A stretch of 64,000 nucleotides of DNA from Carcharhinus longimanus (taxonomy: Eukaryota), in NCBI GenBank assembly GCA_030264375.1, contig JASCQW010000132.1, positions 115,200,416 to 115,264,415 of the forward strand, written 5' to 3'. The notes beneath the pieces are model-generated. The model ran no database searches. It was given only the letters and a program-made list of their open reading frames with translations, and was not told the DNA's origin. Below, piece after piece: positions 39,150 through 52,787 of this stretch; the first letter of the stretch is position 1; the number at the start of each line of letters is the position of its first letter. The translations under genes were made by a program, and so were the position numbers.

Positions 39150-40494
39150 ATCACCTTTAAGACAAGATAAACCAAGGACTGTAGTCTGTAGAACTAAAAC
39201 TGATGAAAGCCTATTTAGAACAGAGGTCATGAAAAATGCTGCCTGGAAATAGTGAGGAATATGGACCAAGTGGCTTTCATCTTGTATTACACTTTCAACT
39301 ATTACGTGTTGTCTTCACTTAGTTCGGAATGGTAAGGAAAGCAGAAGATAAATTATTTGGCAAGAATATAACATAAAAGGTGGATGTCAGAAAGGTTGTA
39401 ATTTTAAATATGATTCATTGATTGACCTATTGAAGTGTTCATGCTTTATTCTTATTGCATCATCAAATCTACTAAACTGAAATACAGTCTTACAGTACAG
39501 TATCTATTAGCCTGCGTAGCTTTATTGCAGAGATAGATCATGAAATACCTACAATATATTTTTATTAACTGATTTTATGGGCAATTTCACCGTGTGATAT
39601 TTTGCAGACATAGTTTACATTGAAGTAGCTTAGATTAGTGCTGGAATTTAACAATGTCCTGTCGTCTAGATTAGTGACATTTTGAATTGATGGAGTGAAC
39701 AGAACCACAAAGCTGCATTGCAGCTCACAATATACTGTGATTTTAGATTCATGTTTGTGGTATTTGTATTTTGTGTTCCTACTACTATTGTCATAATTTT
39801 GTTACATTGCATCTTTTCATCTCGTGACCACAGGATGTGCAAAACTACGGCTTTTTACATGAGAGGAAGAGATTGTTTTATAGGGAAAGAAATACATCTT
39901 TTTCCAGATATTTAGTATCCTGGATTTATTTCACTGCTAGGATCAATGTACTTTTTTAAAAAAATCAAAGCAGATCTTGTGGTGTTTCTACTTCTAAGTC
40001 AGAATTTGCACCAAATTATTATGTGTTGTAATTGTTAAAAGTATGATGACAAAAAAGTGCATATTCTGCACAGGACTCTTAAAAGAGTTTCTCCCTTTAG
40101 AGCCAGATACTGTGGTAATGCAATGTGCAAAACGAAGGAGGAGGAATTTGGCCATATGACCTTGTAGGAATAGAATTGAAAACTCAATGAACTATTGCAG
40201 TTGTCATTATGGCAAGTAAGGTTTGAAAAGGGTACTGGTGTTGGGCTTCCCAATTTATCCTTGAACTTTCTTTAGTCTGAGAATATATAATTTTTCCTCT
40301 TCTATTTGCTTTAAACATTCTCTGGAACAAGAATGCTTGTGTTCAAATTTACATTTTGCACCAGACGATACAGATTCACCAAAGGACAATGTAAAACAAA
40401 TGATAATTAGGCAACCCATATGTGGGTCAAAGGACATCCACAATAGAAGAATCAGAATGCCGTCAAGTATGCTAAGGTCTGCAACGAACCTGTG

Positions 40495-40935
40495 ATTGTC
40501 TTAACCTAACCTGCACATTTTTTATAAAGTGTGAGGTAACAGGAGACATGGGGAGCTTAGTTTAGTTTATTCATTAGTGTTACAAGTAGGCTCGCATTAA
40601 CACTGCAGTGAAGTTACCGTGAAAATCTCCTAGACACCACAATCTGGCACCTATTCGGGTTCACTGAGGGAGAATTTAGCCTGGCCATGCACCTAACTAG
40701 CATGCCTTTTGTATTGTGGGAGGAAGCCCATGCAGACACAGGGAGAACATGCTGATGCCACATAGACGGTGACCCAAGCCGGGAATCAAACCCAGGTCCC
40801 TGGCACTGTAAAGCAGCAGTGCTAACCACTGTGCCATCATGCTGCACTTGAACGTGCAAACTCCACACAGACAATGACCCAAACCAGGAATTGAACCTGG
40901 ATCCCCAGCGCTGAGAGGCATCAGTGTTCACCATT
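40495..40935 (-). mobile_element. Type-B V-SINE (40557-40848) nested in an older V-SINE
   Basis: Two tRNA-like heads in tandem on the minus strand; the rest of the older core lies at 40495-40555. Confidence 0.75.
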
Positions 40936-41279
40936 TCAGGAGGTAACAGATCTCGTGGCTCAGTTGCTCCTTGCCCAAGTGCTGTTCCTCTCTTCGTAAA
41001 AGTGACATCAGAAAGTCAATATAGAAAACAAGAATGAGAAAGGTTGAAGCACTTGGGCATGGGAGCCTGACAGAAGAGACAGCAAGACAGGGAGATTTCT
41101 AGTGTTTGGGGAGGATGGGATGGTGTTGCAGGGGTGGCTGGTTTGCATATGCGTAAACCTTGAAGGTGCCAGCAGGATAGGTTGAGGAGGGTGATGTTTT
41201 TTAAAAAAATGCCTGTAGGTCACTTGGAATTGTAAATAAAAAAGAAAAAACTAATGTTAAGTCTTTAATTGTTTGGCCC

Positions 41280-41900
41280 TCAGATGGAATATTAGGTGCA
41301 TCTTGAGGAACGATTTCAAGGATTTGATAGAATCTGCAGAGGAGGGATGATTGACTGCAAGAATGTGAAGTGTTTGGAGAAGTTGGGATTGTTCTCCTCA
41401 GAGCAGAGAGGGCAAAGAGACGATTTATTAGAGGCATTTACAATTTGTTTTGATACAGAAATTAGGGAAAAACTGTTGCCGTAGGTAGAAAGGTTCATTG
41501 AGGTTATAGATTTAATGTAATTGGCAAAAAGAGCTCGAAGGTTGTCACTCAGTTGGGGGTGTTAATATATGGATTATGCTGGGTGCATCATCGGAAATTT
41601 CAAAAGGTCATAAATAAAAGGTAGTGTAATTATACTAGCATTGGCAGCAGTTCAGAGAAAGTTCATTTAAATTGATTCCTGGAATAAAAGATTTTCATAT
41701 GAGGACAGGTCTCTACTCAGTAGAGCTGGGAAGAATGAAAGATAATCTTATTAAATTTAAGATTCTGAAGTGGTTGACAAAGTAGATGCTAGGATGATGT
41801 TTCACATTCTGGGGAGCCTTGAAGGAAGGGACACAGTTTGAGGATAATGTGTCTCCCATTTAAAATGGGGATGAGCAGGATTTGGTGTTCGTTTAGAATT
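41280..41900 (+). mobile_element. Degenerate CR1 ORF2 3' fragments (two pieces)
   Basis: CLEKLGLFSSEQRGQRDDLLEAF; a second piece has gcagttcagagaaagttca and agggacacagtttgagg. Confidence 0.65.
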
Positions 41901-43337
41901 CTCTTCCACAGGAAACAGCGAGGCCGGGTCAAAGAACAAAGAACAAAATCAGCCCGGGAAACAGGCCCTTCGGCCCAACGAGCCCGCGCCGCCATCTCAA
42001 CACCANNNNNNNNNNNNNNNNNNNNNNNNNNNNNNNNNNNNNNNNNNNNNNNNNNNNNNNNNNNNNNNNNNNNNNNNNNNNNNNNNNNNNNNNNNNNNNN
42101 NNNNNTGCACAGCAATCAGCGATAGTCACTGAGCTGTCGTCTTGCCCAGTATCTTGTCCAGTTTAGGCACACACTAACGACAGGAAGCACTAGGCCAATC
42201 TCAAACAACCAGGAGCACTGAATGCATTCAGCGCTGAGTTAGACTTTTGATCGAAAAGGGAAATATAGGTTATGGTGGGAAAGTTGAGTTACGCCACAAT
42301 CAGATCAACCAATATCTCATTGAATGGCGAAGCAGGTTTGAGGATTTCTGATAATCTTGCATCTCCCAAGATATTCCAAAATACTGTTCACCCAACGAAT
42401 TGTTTTTGAGGTCCAGTCACTTGTCTTATAGGAAACTGCATTAACTCTGCAAGGTCTCCCAAGTAGCTAAGAGACAAATAATCAGTTAATCCGTTGATGG
42501 GGATGTTAATTGTGATATAAATGTTAGCCAGAACATTGGGAATGGTCCCCTACTGATCCTTGAATTATGGCCCATAACACGCTGGCTTCCCAGGGTCGAA
42601 TTTGGCGCCAAAGATGCACTGTGGAACTCCTCTTGGAAATTCCAGGTAAGAGTTATATGGCAATTGTCGAGAAGCACCAACTACTCCTGGACAATTGTGC
42701 TGCGTTGGAAACCATCTGGCAAAGCAGATTAAATCGCTAACTTCAGATGATTCTGCCAATGTTACACAAATAGTTACTTTGAAAAGACTAAGGAAAATAA
42801 ATAAAACCACTTATAACAGTTAAAATAGTAACTGTTTTAAATGCCCAAACTGGTTCCTGCACAGGACTCTCCCCAGATTCCCAACACCAGAGGGGACTCT
42901 TCCACGACCACTCTTAAGTACACCCGCACCACCAAACTCCCACACGTATGGGATGATTCTCCTCCCTGACCAGATTATCATTATCATTCCCATCCCCCCA
43001 CTAACACCCAACCTGACAAGCTGACCCAACTGGACCATTTACCTCTGACCCAACCCAGCCTGACCTCCTTCCTCCCCCACCATCCTGATCCAACCTGGCT
43101 GAGCCCCAACCCGGCTGGACCTCCACCCACAAATCCCATCCATCTACATTAGACACTTACCTTTTCCCTGGCCTGTAATTTTCAATGGGAACTTTAAACT
43201 TGTCTGCTTTATGAAATCTAGTGCTGTTTAAAAGGGACATACCCTCTTTTGCTGTGATTCTTATGCTGGACCTAGGGACCCGCTGTACTTCCTGGATCTC
43301 ACCCAGCCTATCAGGAAGTATGGGCAAGGCAGGCATT

Positions 43338-44097
43338 GAACAGTACAGCATAAAAACAGGCCCTTCGGTACACCAAGCCTCTGCTGACACATGACATCTT
43401 TTTAAACAAAATACTTTTTGCCTCTACGCGGTCAATATCCCTCTGTTCCCTGCCTATTCATGTATCTGTCAAGATGCCTCTTAAACATTGCTATTGTATC
43501 TGCTTCTACCACCACCTCTGGCAGCACCTTCCAAGCACTTACCACCCTCTGTNNNNNNNNNNNNNNNNNNNNNNNNNNNNNNNNNNNNNNNNNNNNNNNN
43601 NNNNNNNNNNNNNNNNNNNNNNNNNNNNNNNNNNNNNNNNNNNNNNNNNNNNCTTCCAAGCACTTACCACCCTCTGTGTAAAAAACTTGCTGCTTTCATC
43701 TCCTTTTATTTGCTCCCTTTTACCTTAAACCTACGTCCCTAGGAATTTCATTTCTACCCTGGGAAAAATACTGTAACCAATTGTTCTATCCATGCCTCTC
43801 ATAATTTTGCAAACTTCTATCAGGTCGCCCCACATCCGCTGATGTTCAAGTGAAAACAACCATGTTTGTCCAATCTCTCCTCATAGCTAATACCTTCCAA
43901 ACCAGGCAACATCCTGGTAAACTTTTTCTTTACCCTCTCCAAAGTCTCTGCATCATTCTAGTAGTGTGGCGACCACTATATGTAATATTTTGAATGTGGT
44001 AACTAAAATTCTATACAGCTGATTTTGACCTGCCAATTTTTCATACTTTACACCCCAACTGATGAAGGCAAGCAAGCCATACGTTTCCTTGACCACA
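43338..44097 (-). mobile_element. CR1 3' fragment with gap
   Basis: QRVVSAWKVLPEVVVEADTIAMFKRHLDRYMNRQGTEGY; tail aacagtacagca..aacaggcccttcgg. Confidence 0.88.
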
Positions 44098-44258
44098 TAG
44101 GTAAGTAAATATAGAGGACTAGTCTGAAGCTGATTGCCACTCCAAGGAAGTTATGACCACATGTATTGGGATCTTTTATTTCACCCATACACGCAAACAA
44201 TGCTTCAGTTTAACATTATCTAAAAGTTGGCACTTTCAACAATATGTTGATGTTGTAT

Positions 44259-44622
44259 GGGGAGGTGATGGCCTAGTGGCATTATCGCTAGACTTTTAAT
44301 CCAGAAACTCAGCAAATGTTCTGGGAACCTGGGTTTGAATCCCGCCACAGCAGATGGTGGAATTTGAATTCAGTACAAAATATCTGGAATTGAGAGTCTA
44401 CTGATGACCATGAAATCATTGTTGACTGTTGGAAAAAACCATCTGATTCACTAACATCCTTTGGGAAGGATATCTGCCATCCTCACCTGGTCTGGTCTAC
44501 ATATGATTCTAGATCCACAGTATTGTGGTTGACTCTCAACTGCCCTTGAGCAACTAGAGATGGGCAATAAATGCTGGCCAGCCATTGATGCCCATGTCCC
44601 ATGAATGAATTTTTTAAAAAAA
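44259..44622 (+). mobile_element. tRNA-derived SINE (second family), full length
   Basis: ggggaggtgatggcctagtgg (A box), gggtttgaatccc (B box), ends cccatgaatgaat. Confidence 0.88.
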
Positions 44623-45689
44623 CCTTGTCATTTGTGAACATCCCTGAAAGTGGGCTTAAATCCATGACCTCCAACTCTGATGCAATAATACAACACTGGG
44701 CCAAGGTGACAATTAAAGGGGGAAAAGGGAGTGTGTCCATAAGGAAGAAGTATTTCTTTTCAATAACAACAACTGATCTAAAAACATATCCCCAGTGACA
44801 ATCACTGAACTTATTTTTTCTTCTGGATATAGTGTACCACGGGCTGTAATGTAGCCGAAAGCGCTTGTAAATGTGTTACTTGCAGCAGATGGTAATCCCA
44901 TTTACCGCAGATAGTTGCTTATAATGAAGTCTTTGGAGAATCGGACTTCAGTCTTTAACAAATGGTATAAAACTTTCCTTCTGAAATTGCAAACTCTGAA
45001 AACAAAATATTCATAATTTTTCTAGCTGTTAAGAAACCTGATTCTGCATGTTGCTGAAGGACACAAGAATAGTCTCTAAAAATCAGACATAGTGTTATTT
45101 TGTTAAGCATTTTCCAAGCAGTCTGCATATAAATAGACTTTAGTAGCAAAAATTAGTTTATTTTAAAAATGTAATACTTGTTTTGAGATTTCATCTTCAG
45201 ACTTAAGTGAACTGAGAAAAAAGTTCACTTTTGATTCTAATTTTTGGAAGCATTATAATATTAAAACAGAACTGATTTAGTAGGGATAGAATGCTGCAGA
45301 GTATCATGAGTGTTACCATGAGTTCGTTTTAAACCTGTTCAAAAATGTATTTTATTTCTCAAACTCTCCACCTGTTTCCTCTCTGTAAAGACGTAATGAA
45401 TCAACTTCCTGTTCTAAGATCACCAGCTTGGGCAGAATTTATAGACAAGTTCATGTTGATGGGTGAGAATGGTTCAGTGCCACGTTAATCATAACCTGAA
45501 CCAAAGCTCAGTCTAGCTTCTTGTTATGCATCTTTGTGCCATATTAAAGTTATTTTAGGGTGAAATTCTGAAAATTGGACAAGTTTTTCTTCTGTGTCTG
45601 TATATAATATTGACCAGCACCATTTTTGCCTTGACCCAGATTGATAATTTGAAAATAGAATTCCGTTTGTGCTCAATATAAAGATGGCT

Positions 45690-46040
45690 TGAGCCACTCT
45701 TGCTAATAAAATAACATCAAAATAAACAAGTTAATATTGTGTCCCTATCTAATTAGGTTAATTGCTGCTGTGTCATCTGTCTTGTTTGAACAAAGTTAAT
45801 GATGTAGGTCTTGTAGTCAACTGGATTAAACATTGCTAAATGGGGAAAGTCATTAGCTTGTTTATACGTACTGTTGTGTTGTGGACTAATTTCCTGTTGC
45901 CAGTGGATTTGTTAGCCAATGTTGTCCACCTCTCAAATTTTCCAATAGGTGAATCGATAAAACCCTGTCCATTAATCTCTACCACAAACAAAAGCTATAA
46001 ATGTCTTTAGTAAACCATTTCCATGAATGTTTGGTAATAT
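45690..46040. promoter_or_regulatory. Putative conserved non-coding element
   Basis: ctaattaggttaattg, aacaaag (Sox-like), ggatta (Otx/Pitx-type), atcgat, cattaatc in repeat-free sequence. Confidence 0.3.
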
Positions 46041-46476
46041 ACATTTGGTTGTCACATTTTTAGGCCCCAGATAGTTTTAGAATTAGATTAGAATCGTTTG
46101 ATTTGGAATCATGTAACCCACTGAATTGACTAATCATTTGAAGTTGCATCATACAACCCACTGAATTGGTTGGTAAAACAGCAAAACTGGATAGTTGAAA
46201 ATGCTTCATTTTTGTCCAGGATTGATTACATTATAGGTGCCTGTGAAACCTCATGGGAGGTTTCACAATGTTAAAAGTCCTCGACAAAATGAAAGTTATT
46301 GTTCTACCTGTTCTACTGATCACCACAGATAGGGTTCTGTTAAAGCTCAGTCAGTACCCACCAATAAACAATTGTCTGATATAAATAGAAGGTCAATGTG
46401 AATATAAATTGTGATTCTGCATTTGCTTGCCTAGTTTGCTATGTTCAAAAAAAAGCATGTTAATTAGTGATAATTC

Positions 46477-46757
46477 AGCTGCCACACAGCGCCAGGGACC
46501 CAGATTCAATTCCTGGTTTGGATCACTGTGTGTAGAGTCTGCATGTTTTTCCCATGTCAGCATGGGTTTCCTCCGGGTGATCCAGTTTCCTCCTACAATC
46601 CAAAAGAAGTGCTTGTTAATGGATTGGTCATGCTAAATTCTACTTCAGTGTATCTGAATGGGCTTCGGCATGTGGCCACTACGGGATTTTCACAGTAACT
46701 TCATTACGGTGTTAATGTAACTACTTGTGACACTAATAAATAAACTTTATACTTTAA
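46477..46757 (+). mobile_element. V-SINE with type-B tail
   Basis: Core plus ggattttcacagtaacttcattacggtgttaatgtaactacttgtgacactaataaataaacttt. Confidence 0.85.
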
Positions 46758-47249
46758 ATTGGTCAATTTCAGCAGGAGCAGATTAAATTGCTTCCAGATT
46801 GGGCACAAAGCCAATCAATTGAAAAATGAACATCTTTTGAGTTTTTTAAATGTAAATATTTGATGTGCAGCTGTATTTGCATTTTGGAGATTTCTTGCTT
46901 TCCTTTGGCATGGAATAGCTTCAAAGAATTTTGAAGATAAACCTGCTGGTGGTTTCTTCTAAGACAGCGGTCATTCAAAGTCATTAGAGATTGGGACTGG
47001 CCAGATACTCAGGAGTAAATTGGCAGTAAAAACTGACACGCCAGAAAACATCTAATGAGAGAAGCAGAAGGCTGCAGCAGTGTGGGAAACGCTTGAATTC
47101 TCAGCACCTGTCTTGAGAGCATGTTTTTGCTGATGTACAGACCAGGAATAGCTTTTTGGAAGTCATTTGACTTAGCTTGGATTTTACTTACCTTGCAATA
47201 AACTTCTCAGCTCTCAGTCTTCACTGCAGAATGGTGACAGCTTATGCAG

Positions 47250-47442
47250 CTGTTATATCTGAATAATAGCAGGAGGACCAGCAACACCAACACCAGCAAG
47301 AAGAAGAGCAGCAGTTGCATTCTCCACAGCCACATGCCACTCTAAAGCAGAGCAGAAGGATACAGACCTGCAGCTTGTAGGAGGTGATACCCTCCAAACG
47401 CTGTGTACAGATAGAAGATCAATTTCTGAAGCATGGCTGAGG
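47250..47442 (+). pseudogene. Harbinger transposase N-terminal remnant
   Basis: Q/E-rich leader then RR*YPPNAVYR*KINF, like the RR.YP..VYR.R.SFL start of Harbinger transposases. Confidence 0.45.
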
Positions 47443-49064
47443 GGTGGTGGGGGGCGCGGGTGGTGTGCAATTTTCCCACTTTGCCACACCTGGCATGGAT
47501 TGCGCCAATCCAAGAAAATAGCTTGCGGGCCTTAAAAAGTATGAAACAGTTTGCAATCATCCCAGACCCTCTCTACTGCCATGAATCGGACAGTGCCCAG
47601 AAAGGCCAATTAGCATGAGACTGACTGGATTGCAATCTCATTAATGCGTTCAGCATCTCATCGTTCCCCCCTCTCAAAATGTTCCCACCTCTCTGGCAGG
47701 AGGGCATGCCAACGCGAATCACTACTGGTGTCCATTAGCGGAACCTGGCATAATGGTCACACTGGTAGGGCTCGGAGGTTATTGAAGTTCTGGATGATCA
47801 AGTGGCTGGGAAGTGCCACATGACGGTGCCTATCGGACATCCTGTCAGTGGCTACTGGACACTCGGTGGTGTCAGTTGGACACCACCAGTGGGGATTGCC
47901 ACTGTGCCAGGGGCAGTGAAATGATGAGGCCTGGTGGGGGGGGGACTATGTAGAGNNNNNNNNNNNNNNNNNNNNNNNNNNNNNNNNNNNNNNNNNNNNN
48001 NNNNNNNNNNNNNNNNNNNNNNNNNNNNNNNNNNNNNNNNNNNNNNNNNNNNNNNNNNNNNNNNNNNNNNNNNNNNNNNNNNNNNNNNNNNNNNNNNNNN
48101 NNNNNNNNNNNNNNNNNNNNNNNNNNNNNNNNNNNNNNNNNNNNNNNNNNNNNNNNNNNNNNNNNNNNNNNNNNNNNNNNNNNNNNNNNNNNNNNNNNNN
48201 NNNNNNNNNNNNNNNNNNNNNNNNNNNNNNNNNNNNNNNNNNNNNNNNNNNNNNNNNNNNNNNNNNNNNNNNNNNNNNNNNNNNNNNNNNNNNNNNNNNN
48301 NNNNNNNNNNNNNNNNNNNNNNNNNNNNNNNNNNNNNNNNNNNNNNNNNNNNNNNNNNNNNNNNNNNNNNNNNNNNNNNNNNNNNNNNNNNNNNNNNNNN
48401 NNNNNNNNNNNNNNNNNNNNNNNNNNNNNNNNNNNNNNNNNNNNNNNNNNNNNNNNNNNNNNNNNNNNNNNNNNNNNNNNNNNNNNNNNNNNNNNNNNNN
48501 NNNNNNNNNNNNNNNNNNNNNNNNNNNNNNNNNNNNNNNNNNNNNNNNNNNNNNNNNNNNNNNNNNNNNNNNNNNNNNNNNNNNNNNNNNNNNNNNNNNN
48601 NNNNNNNNNNNNNNNNNNNNNNNNNNNNNNNNNNNNNNNNNNNNNNNNNNNNNNNNNNNNNNNNNNNNNNNNNNNNNNNNNNNNNNNNNNNNNNNNNNNN
48701 NNNNNNNNNNNNNNNNNNNNNNNNNNNNNNNNNNNNNNNNNNNNNNNNNNNNNNATGAGGCCTGGTGGGGGGGGGACTATGTAGAGAGCGGTCTGATGGT
48801 GGGGGGAGGTGGGGGGGGCAGCGACAGCAATGTGGGAGGGGGTCATGCAGGGGTGGATTCTGAAGGGAGTCATGATGGGGGGTGCGATGCGAAGGCTCCA
48901 TTGTCAGCAACCCATGTGGAGGTGGGGGAACATGCCGCCGGTGAGGGGGAGTCCTGATGTCCATGAGGCCCCAATTTCTCCTGGTGCACTAAGAAATTGG
49001 GGCGCTCTCGCGAAACAGCATCCGAGCGCTCTGGAATAGGGCCCACCAGCTTATTTAGGATAGC
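47443..49064. mobile_element. GC-rich non-autonomous element containing a G-rich repeat and an ~800-N gap
   Basis: gtgcaattttccc start, gaatagggccc end; atgaggcctggtgggggggggactatgtagag occurs on both gap flanks. Confidence 0.45.
47956..48754. other. Largest assembly gap (others near 7.4, 8.9, 29.7, 32.0, 34.4, 38.1, 42.0, 43.6, 52.1 and 59.9 kb)
   Basis: Runs of N; most are 100-N placeholders inside young repeats. Confidence 0.98.
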
Positions 49065-50464
49065 AGCAAAAGCTTGAGCTTTGGGGGCCTTTTATCTCTT
49101 TAATAACAAATTGATAAAAACATAATGCCTTCCTGCAATTTTTGCGCATGTGATGAGCCGCAAAATTGCATAGACATTGTAAAATCTATGTTAATAGGGT
49201 TTTTAATGGCTTTAATTGGCCTTTTAATTGTTAGTGGTTTGGCTGTGACTTCCATGCCCTCAGAACTCAATATTGCATGTTTGCACTATGACATCGTGAT
49301 ACATATTTGATATCATTTTACGTGAGTTTGGGTTGGATGCATGCCTTACCTTGGAACGTAAAATTCAGACCAATGTCTCTGAAATCATGATCATTCCTGT
49401 GGTTAATGGGTTAATAAAATAGATATGGTATTGAATGATGTAGACTATAATACATCTGCGACATCAGCAGTCATGTACTAAGGACTTTATACAACAAACA
49501 AGCAGCATTCAGGGACATGTGCCAACTTAGTAACCCATCTTGTATGTATTGTGTATTGTATCAATAAGTCTGTCTGGGTAACTACCTGAGTCAAGCTTGC
49601 AATCCCTTTTCATGAGATACATACCCAAGCACATTCATGAAACATGACAGCAGTGCTGGTGACACCAATCTAAGCAAAAGTTGGTGCTGTTGACAGAACA
49701 CCCACAGCCCACAATGTCAACTAATCCTGGTCAAACCAGTATCCCTAAGTGTGCCTAAGCAGAAGGCTAATTGGTGGTACTCGAGAAACAGTCACTGCCC
49801 CACCTGCATGTTTAAGAGTTTTGCTAGCCTGCTTAGAGCCAATGTTGGAAGGTATGACGTGGTAACTTCTTGAGGTACCAAGAAGCATCGAGCTCCTTGC
49901 TAAAGAGCAACAATTCCAGGTCAGTTTCTACCTTTACACTGTAGGCCTGTCATTGACCACATTCTTCTCAGCCAGGGGCTTGGTGAGACCTCTGCTGGCT
50001 TCATTTCTTCTAAAAGCCTTTGCCTTTTTTTTAGTTCAACTCAGGATAATGCTGCTAGGCGAGTGAGCTTCAATTACAGCTCCCACAAACCAAGGGAATC
50101 AGTCGAATTGCTGCTTACCACTCTATTCATGATAGCTAGTTCTCATGAATAGGAGTCCGCAAAGGATGATCACAATCTCCCTCCATCATTTCATGGCATT
50201 ACTGAAGCCAGCCCAAGCATGTGATTTTGGCCTATCGCGCTCAAATAAACTGAAGCATTGGCAAGTTACAATCATCGTTTAGGCCCAAACGCAATAGCCC
50301 ACCCACTCAGAAGCCCATCAAACTGGCCAAAAGGGTGGGAAACCATTCCGCTGCTTCTTTGAAGTGTTTATGCTGTAGTACAAAGCCACAATATAGATGG
50401 TAAGTCTGCCCAGCAGGGGGCACAGAGAGCTTCGATGTGGGAGAACGGAGTACTTCCAGTGGTT

Positions 50465-51192
50465 TTGTTCATTTAAAACCAGAGTATTTCCTTAATGGTA
50501 AGATATTAGAAAGTGTAGATGTACAAAGGGGCCTTGTGTCCTTGGCCATAAGTCATTGAAAACTAACATGTAAGTACAGCAGGCTATCAGGAAGGCTAAT
50601 AGAATGTCGCAAGAGGATTTGAATACAAGAGTGAGATCTTGCTTCAATTATTTAGGAGCTTGGTTAGACTGCACCTAGTTCCCTTACCTCAAAGGATATT
50701 ATTGCCACAGAGTGAAACTGGTCACCAGATTTGTTCTGGGGATGGTGGGACTATCTTATGGAGAGATTGTGCAAACTGGACCTGTATTCTCTAGAGTTTC
50801 AAAGAATGAGAAGTGATCTCATGGAATCCTACAAAATACTAAAGTGTATAGAAATGGTAGATGCAAGTAAGATGTTCCTCTTGGTTAAAGAGTCTAGAAC
50901 CGGGGAACACATTTTTAAAATCGGGGGAAGCCACTTCGGACCGAGATGAGGAGGAATTTCTTTAAGCAGAGGGTTGTGAATCTTGAGAGTTCTCTCCTCT
51001 AGAGGGTTGTGGAAGCTCAGTCATTGAGTATGTTAAATGCAGAAAATGATTGATTTTTGATTCACAATGACATAAAGGATTATGGGGATAATATGGGCAA
51101 AGGGCTTTGAAGTGTCCCATCAGCCATGATCATATTGAATGGCAGAGCAGGCTCAACATACATAGTGGCCTACTGCTGTTCCTATGTTTCTA
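50465..51192 (+). mobile_element. CR1 3' fragment inserted in the Gypsy element
   Basis: ERLCKLDLYSLEFQRMRSDLMESYKILK..SRTGEH; 3' UTR tgaatggcagagcaggctc..ggcctactgctgttcctatgttt. Confidence 0.88.
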
Positions 51193-52686
51193 ATCAGTGG
51201 AGAAAGAAACAGAATAACTGCAGCTAACAGTTCACCTAGAATATAGACTACAAGTTCCAACTTTGACTTCCTGGGAGAAGTACAATACTTCTTGTCTGTC
51301 ACTTTAGAAGTCAAAGGATTTTAAACCTACTTTAAACTAGATACAGGTGCTAGGGTATTCATACCAGTTGGTCATTTAGCATGACTCAACACAATTCCTG
51401 TCAGTCATCAAATATTAAACTCCAGGGTCCAGGGGAAACTAATTATAGATCAATCAGATCGCAGCCACTCTATTCCACAAGGGGGCAACAGATCACAGAG
51501 ACCCTCTACATTCTGTGTAATCAAAGCATCTCTTTACTCAGCAGGAATGGATGTATACAACTAGGTTTCCTACCAAACATAGAGAAAGTCCTTCCACTAA
51601 AAACAGGACTGAATTCCGTCAAGAATTCCTGGAACTCTGCCAGGGTTGGGTATGCTTAAGAAACAAATATCACATCTCACTACTCCCTGATGGCATGCCG
51701 GTGTGCCTGTTTACCCCCTCAGAGGGTATCACATCATCTACTACCAAAGGACAAAGGAGAACTTGACCTCATGCTGCACAGAGGTGACCTTTCGTCAGCC
51801 ACACAACCAACCCAGTGGTGATCCAGGCTGGTGACCGTTGCCAAACCAAACAATCAGCTCAGCCTGTACATGGAGCTCAAATAATCCAGGGGGAAGTCTC
51901 CCTAATGGCGCTTGTGGATGACAGCCAGGTGAAGCTTGCCAACAGCATGATCTTCACCAATCTCGACACTAACAGTGGATTTTGGCAAATACTTTTCGAC
52001 CAGGAGTCCAGGCTGCTGACACCGTTTATCATGCTATCCGGCTAGTTTTGTTTTAACTGCTTTCATGTTGANNNNNNNNNNATTTTGACATCTCATCAGC
52101 CATTGAGATGTTCCAGTACATCATGTCCACAATCCAGTAAGGCGAACAAAGAGTTAGTTATCTGCCATGTGGATGATGTTTTTATCCACAGCTCCAGAAG
52201 AGAAAAGCTTGAGGATTTGAGAAATTTTAATGGCCCCCCCCCAGGAAGCAGGTCTCACGTTGAACGACAGGTGTAAATTCGCCAAGACCGCTATCAAATT
52301 TCTAGGCTGTACCGTCCAAAGACAAGGGATAATAGTGCACCATTGCAAAACAAAGGCCACTATCAACTTTCCCCAACAAGTGTATCATGGAAGCCCAGCA
52401 ATCACTAGGGATGGTAAACCAGGTGGGCAAGCTTATCCCAAATTAGCCATCAATACAGAACCTTGGAAAGGCCAGCAATGCCTTTGGGCCATTGAACAAC
52501 ACAACGTCTTTCAATACATTAAAGACAGGCTCATCTCTTCAGATGTTCCAACATATTGTGATTCAATATTGTCCGTGGTCATGGCTGCTGACATTTCCTA
52601 CCCTGGCCTTGGTGCTGTTCTTATCCAACTCTAGAAGAATAGTGACAGGAAACCAGTATACTTGCTACCTTGTTTAATAAAAACAG

Positions 52687-52787
52687 TTACCACACTCAGC
52701 TGATGAAGGGGCAGTGCTCCGAAAGCTCTTGCTACCAAATAAACCTGTTGGATTTTAACCTGGTGTTGTGAGACTACTCACTGTTAC
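52687..52787 (+). mobile_element. Penelope-derived short element with hammerhead motif, inserted in Gypsy RNase H
   Basis: cag-CTGATGA-a-GGGGC-agt-GCTCC-GAA-AGCT-C-ttg followed by the family arm; flanking aaaaacag repeat. Confidence 0.8.

Larger units (their letters stand above)
42350..44710 (-). mobile_element. SacSINE1-like DeuSINE split into three pieces (42350-42572, 44160-44250, 44623-44710)
   Basis: Pieces resemble, in order, the recalled reversed consensus tail (cagtcac..taggaaac..aaat.tt.gccag.aca), the Deu region (tgggatctttta..gtttaac.t..tc..aaag..ggcac) and the tRNA head (agtggg.tt.aa.cca.gacct..actctga). Confidence 0.6.

Noticed and set aside
43528-43677. Direct repeat cttccaagcacttaccaccctctgt on both sides of a gap
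   Set aside because: Most likely overlapping contig ends inside one CR1, not a biological duplication.
44259-44350. tRNA-like A and B boxes (also at V-SINE heads)
   Set aside because: SINE heads followed by SINE bodies; not tRNA genes.
47185-47261. Minus-strand exon candidate with AAG|gtaagt donor
   Set aside because: Abuts the 5' region of a Harbinger remnant, has a weak acceptor, and is opposite to the other exon candidates.
47852-48964. Longest ORFs (274-370 aa) in the track
   Set aside because: Almost entirely X from the N-gap; artefacts. The same applies to the other X-containing ORFs.
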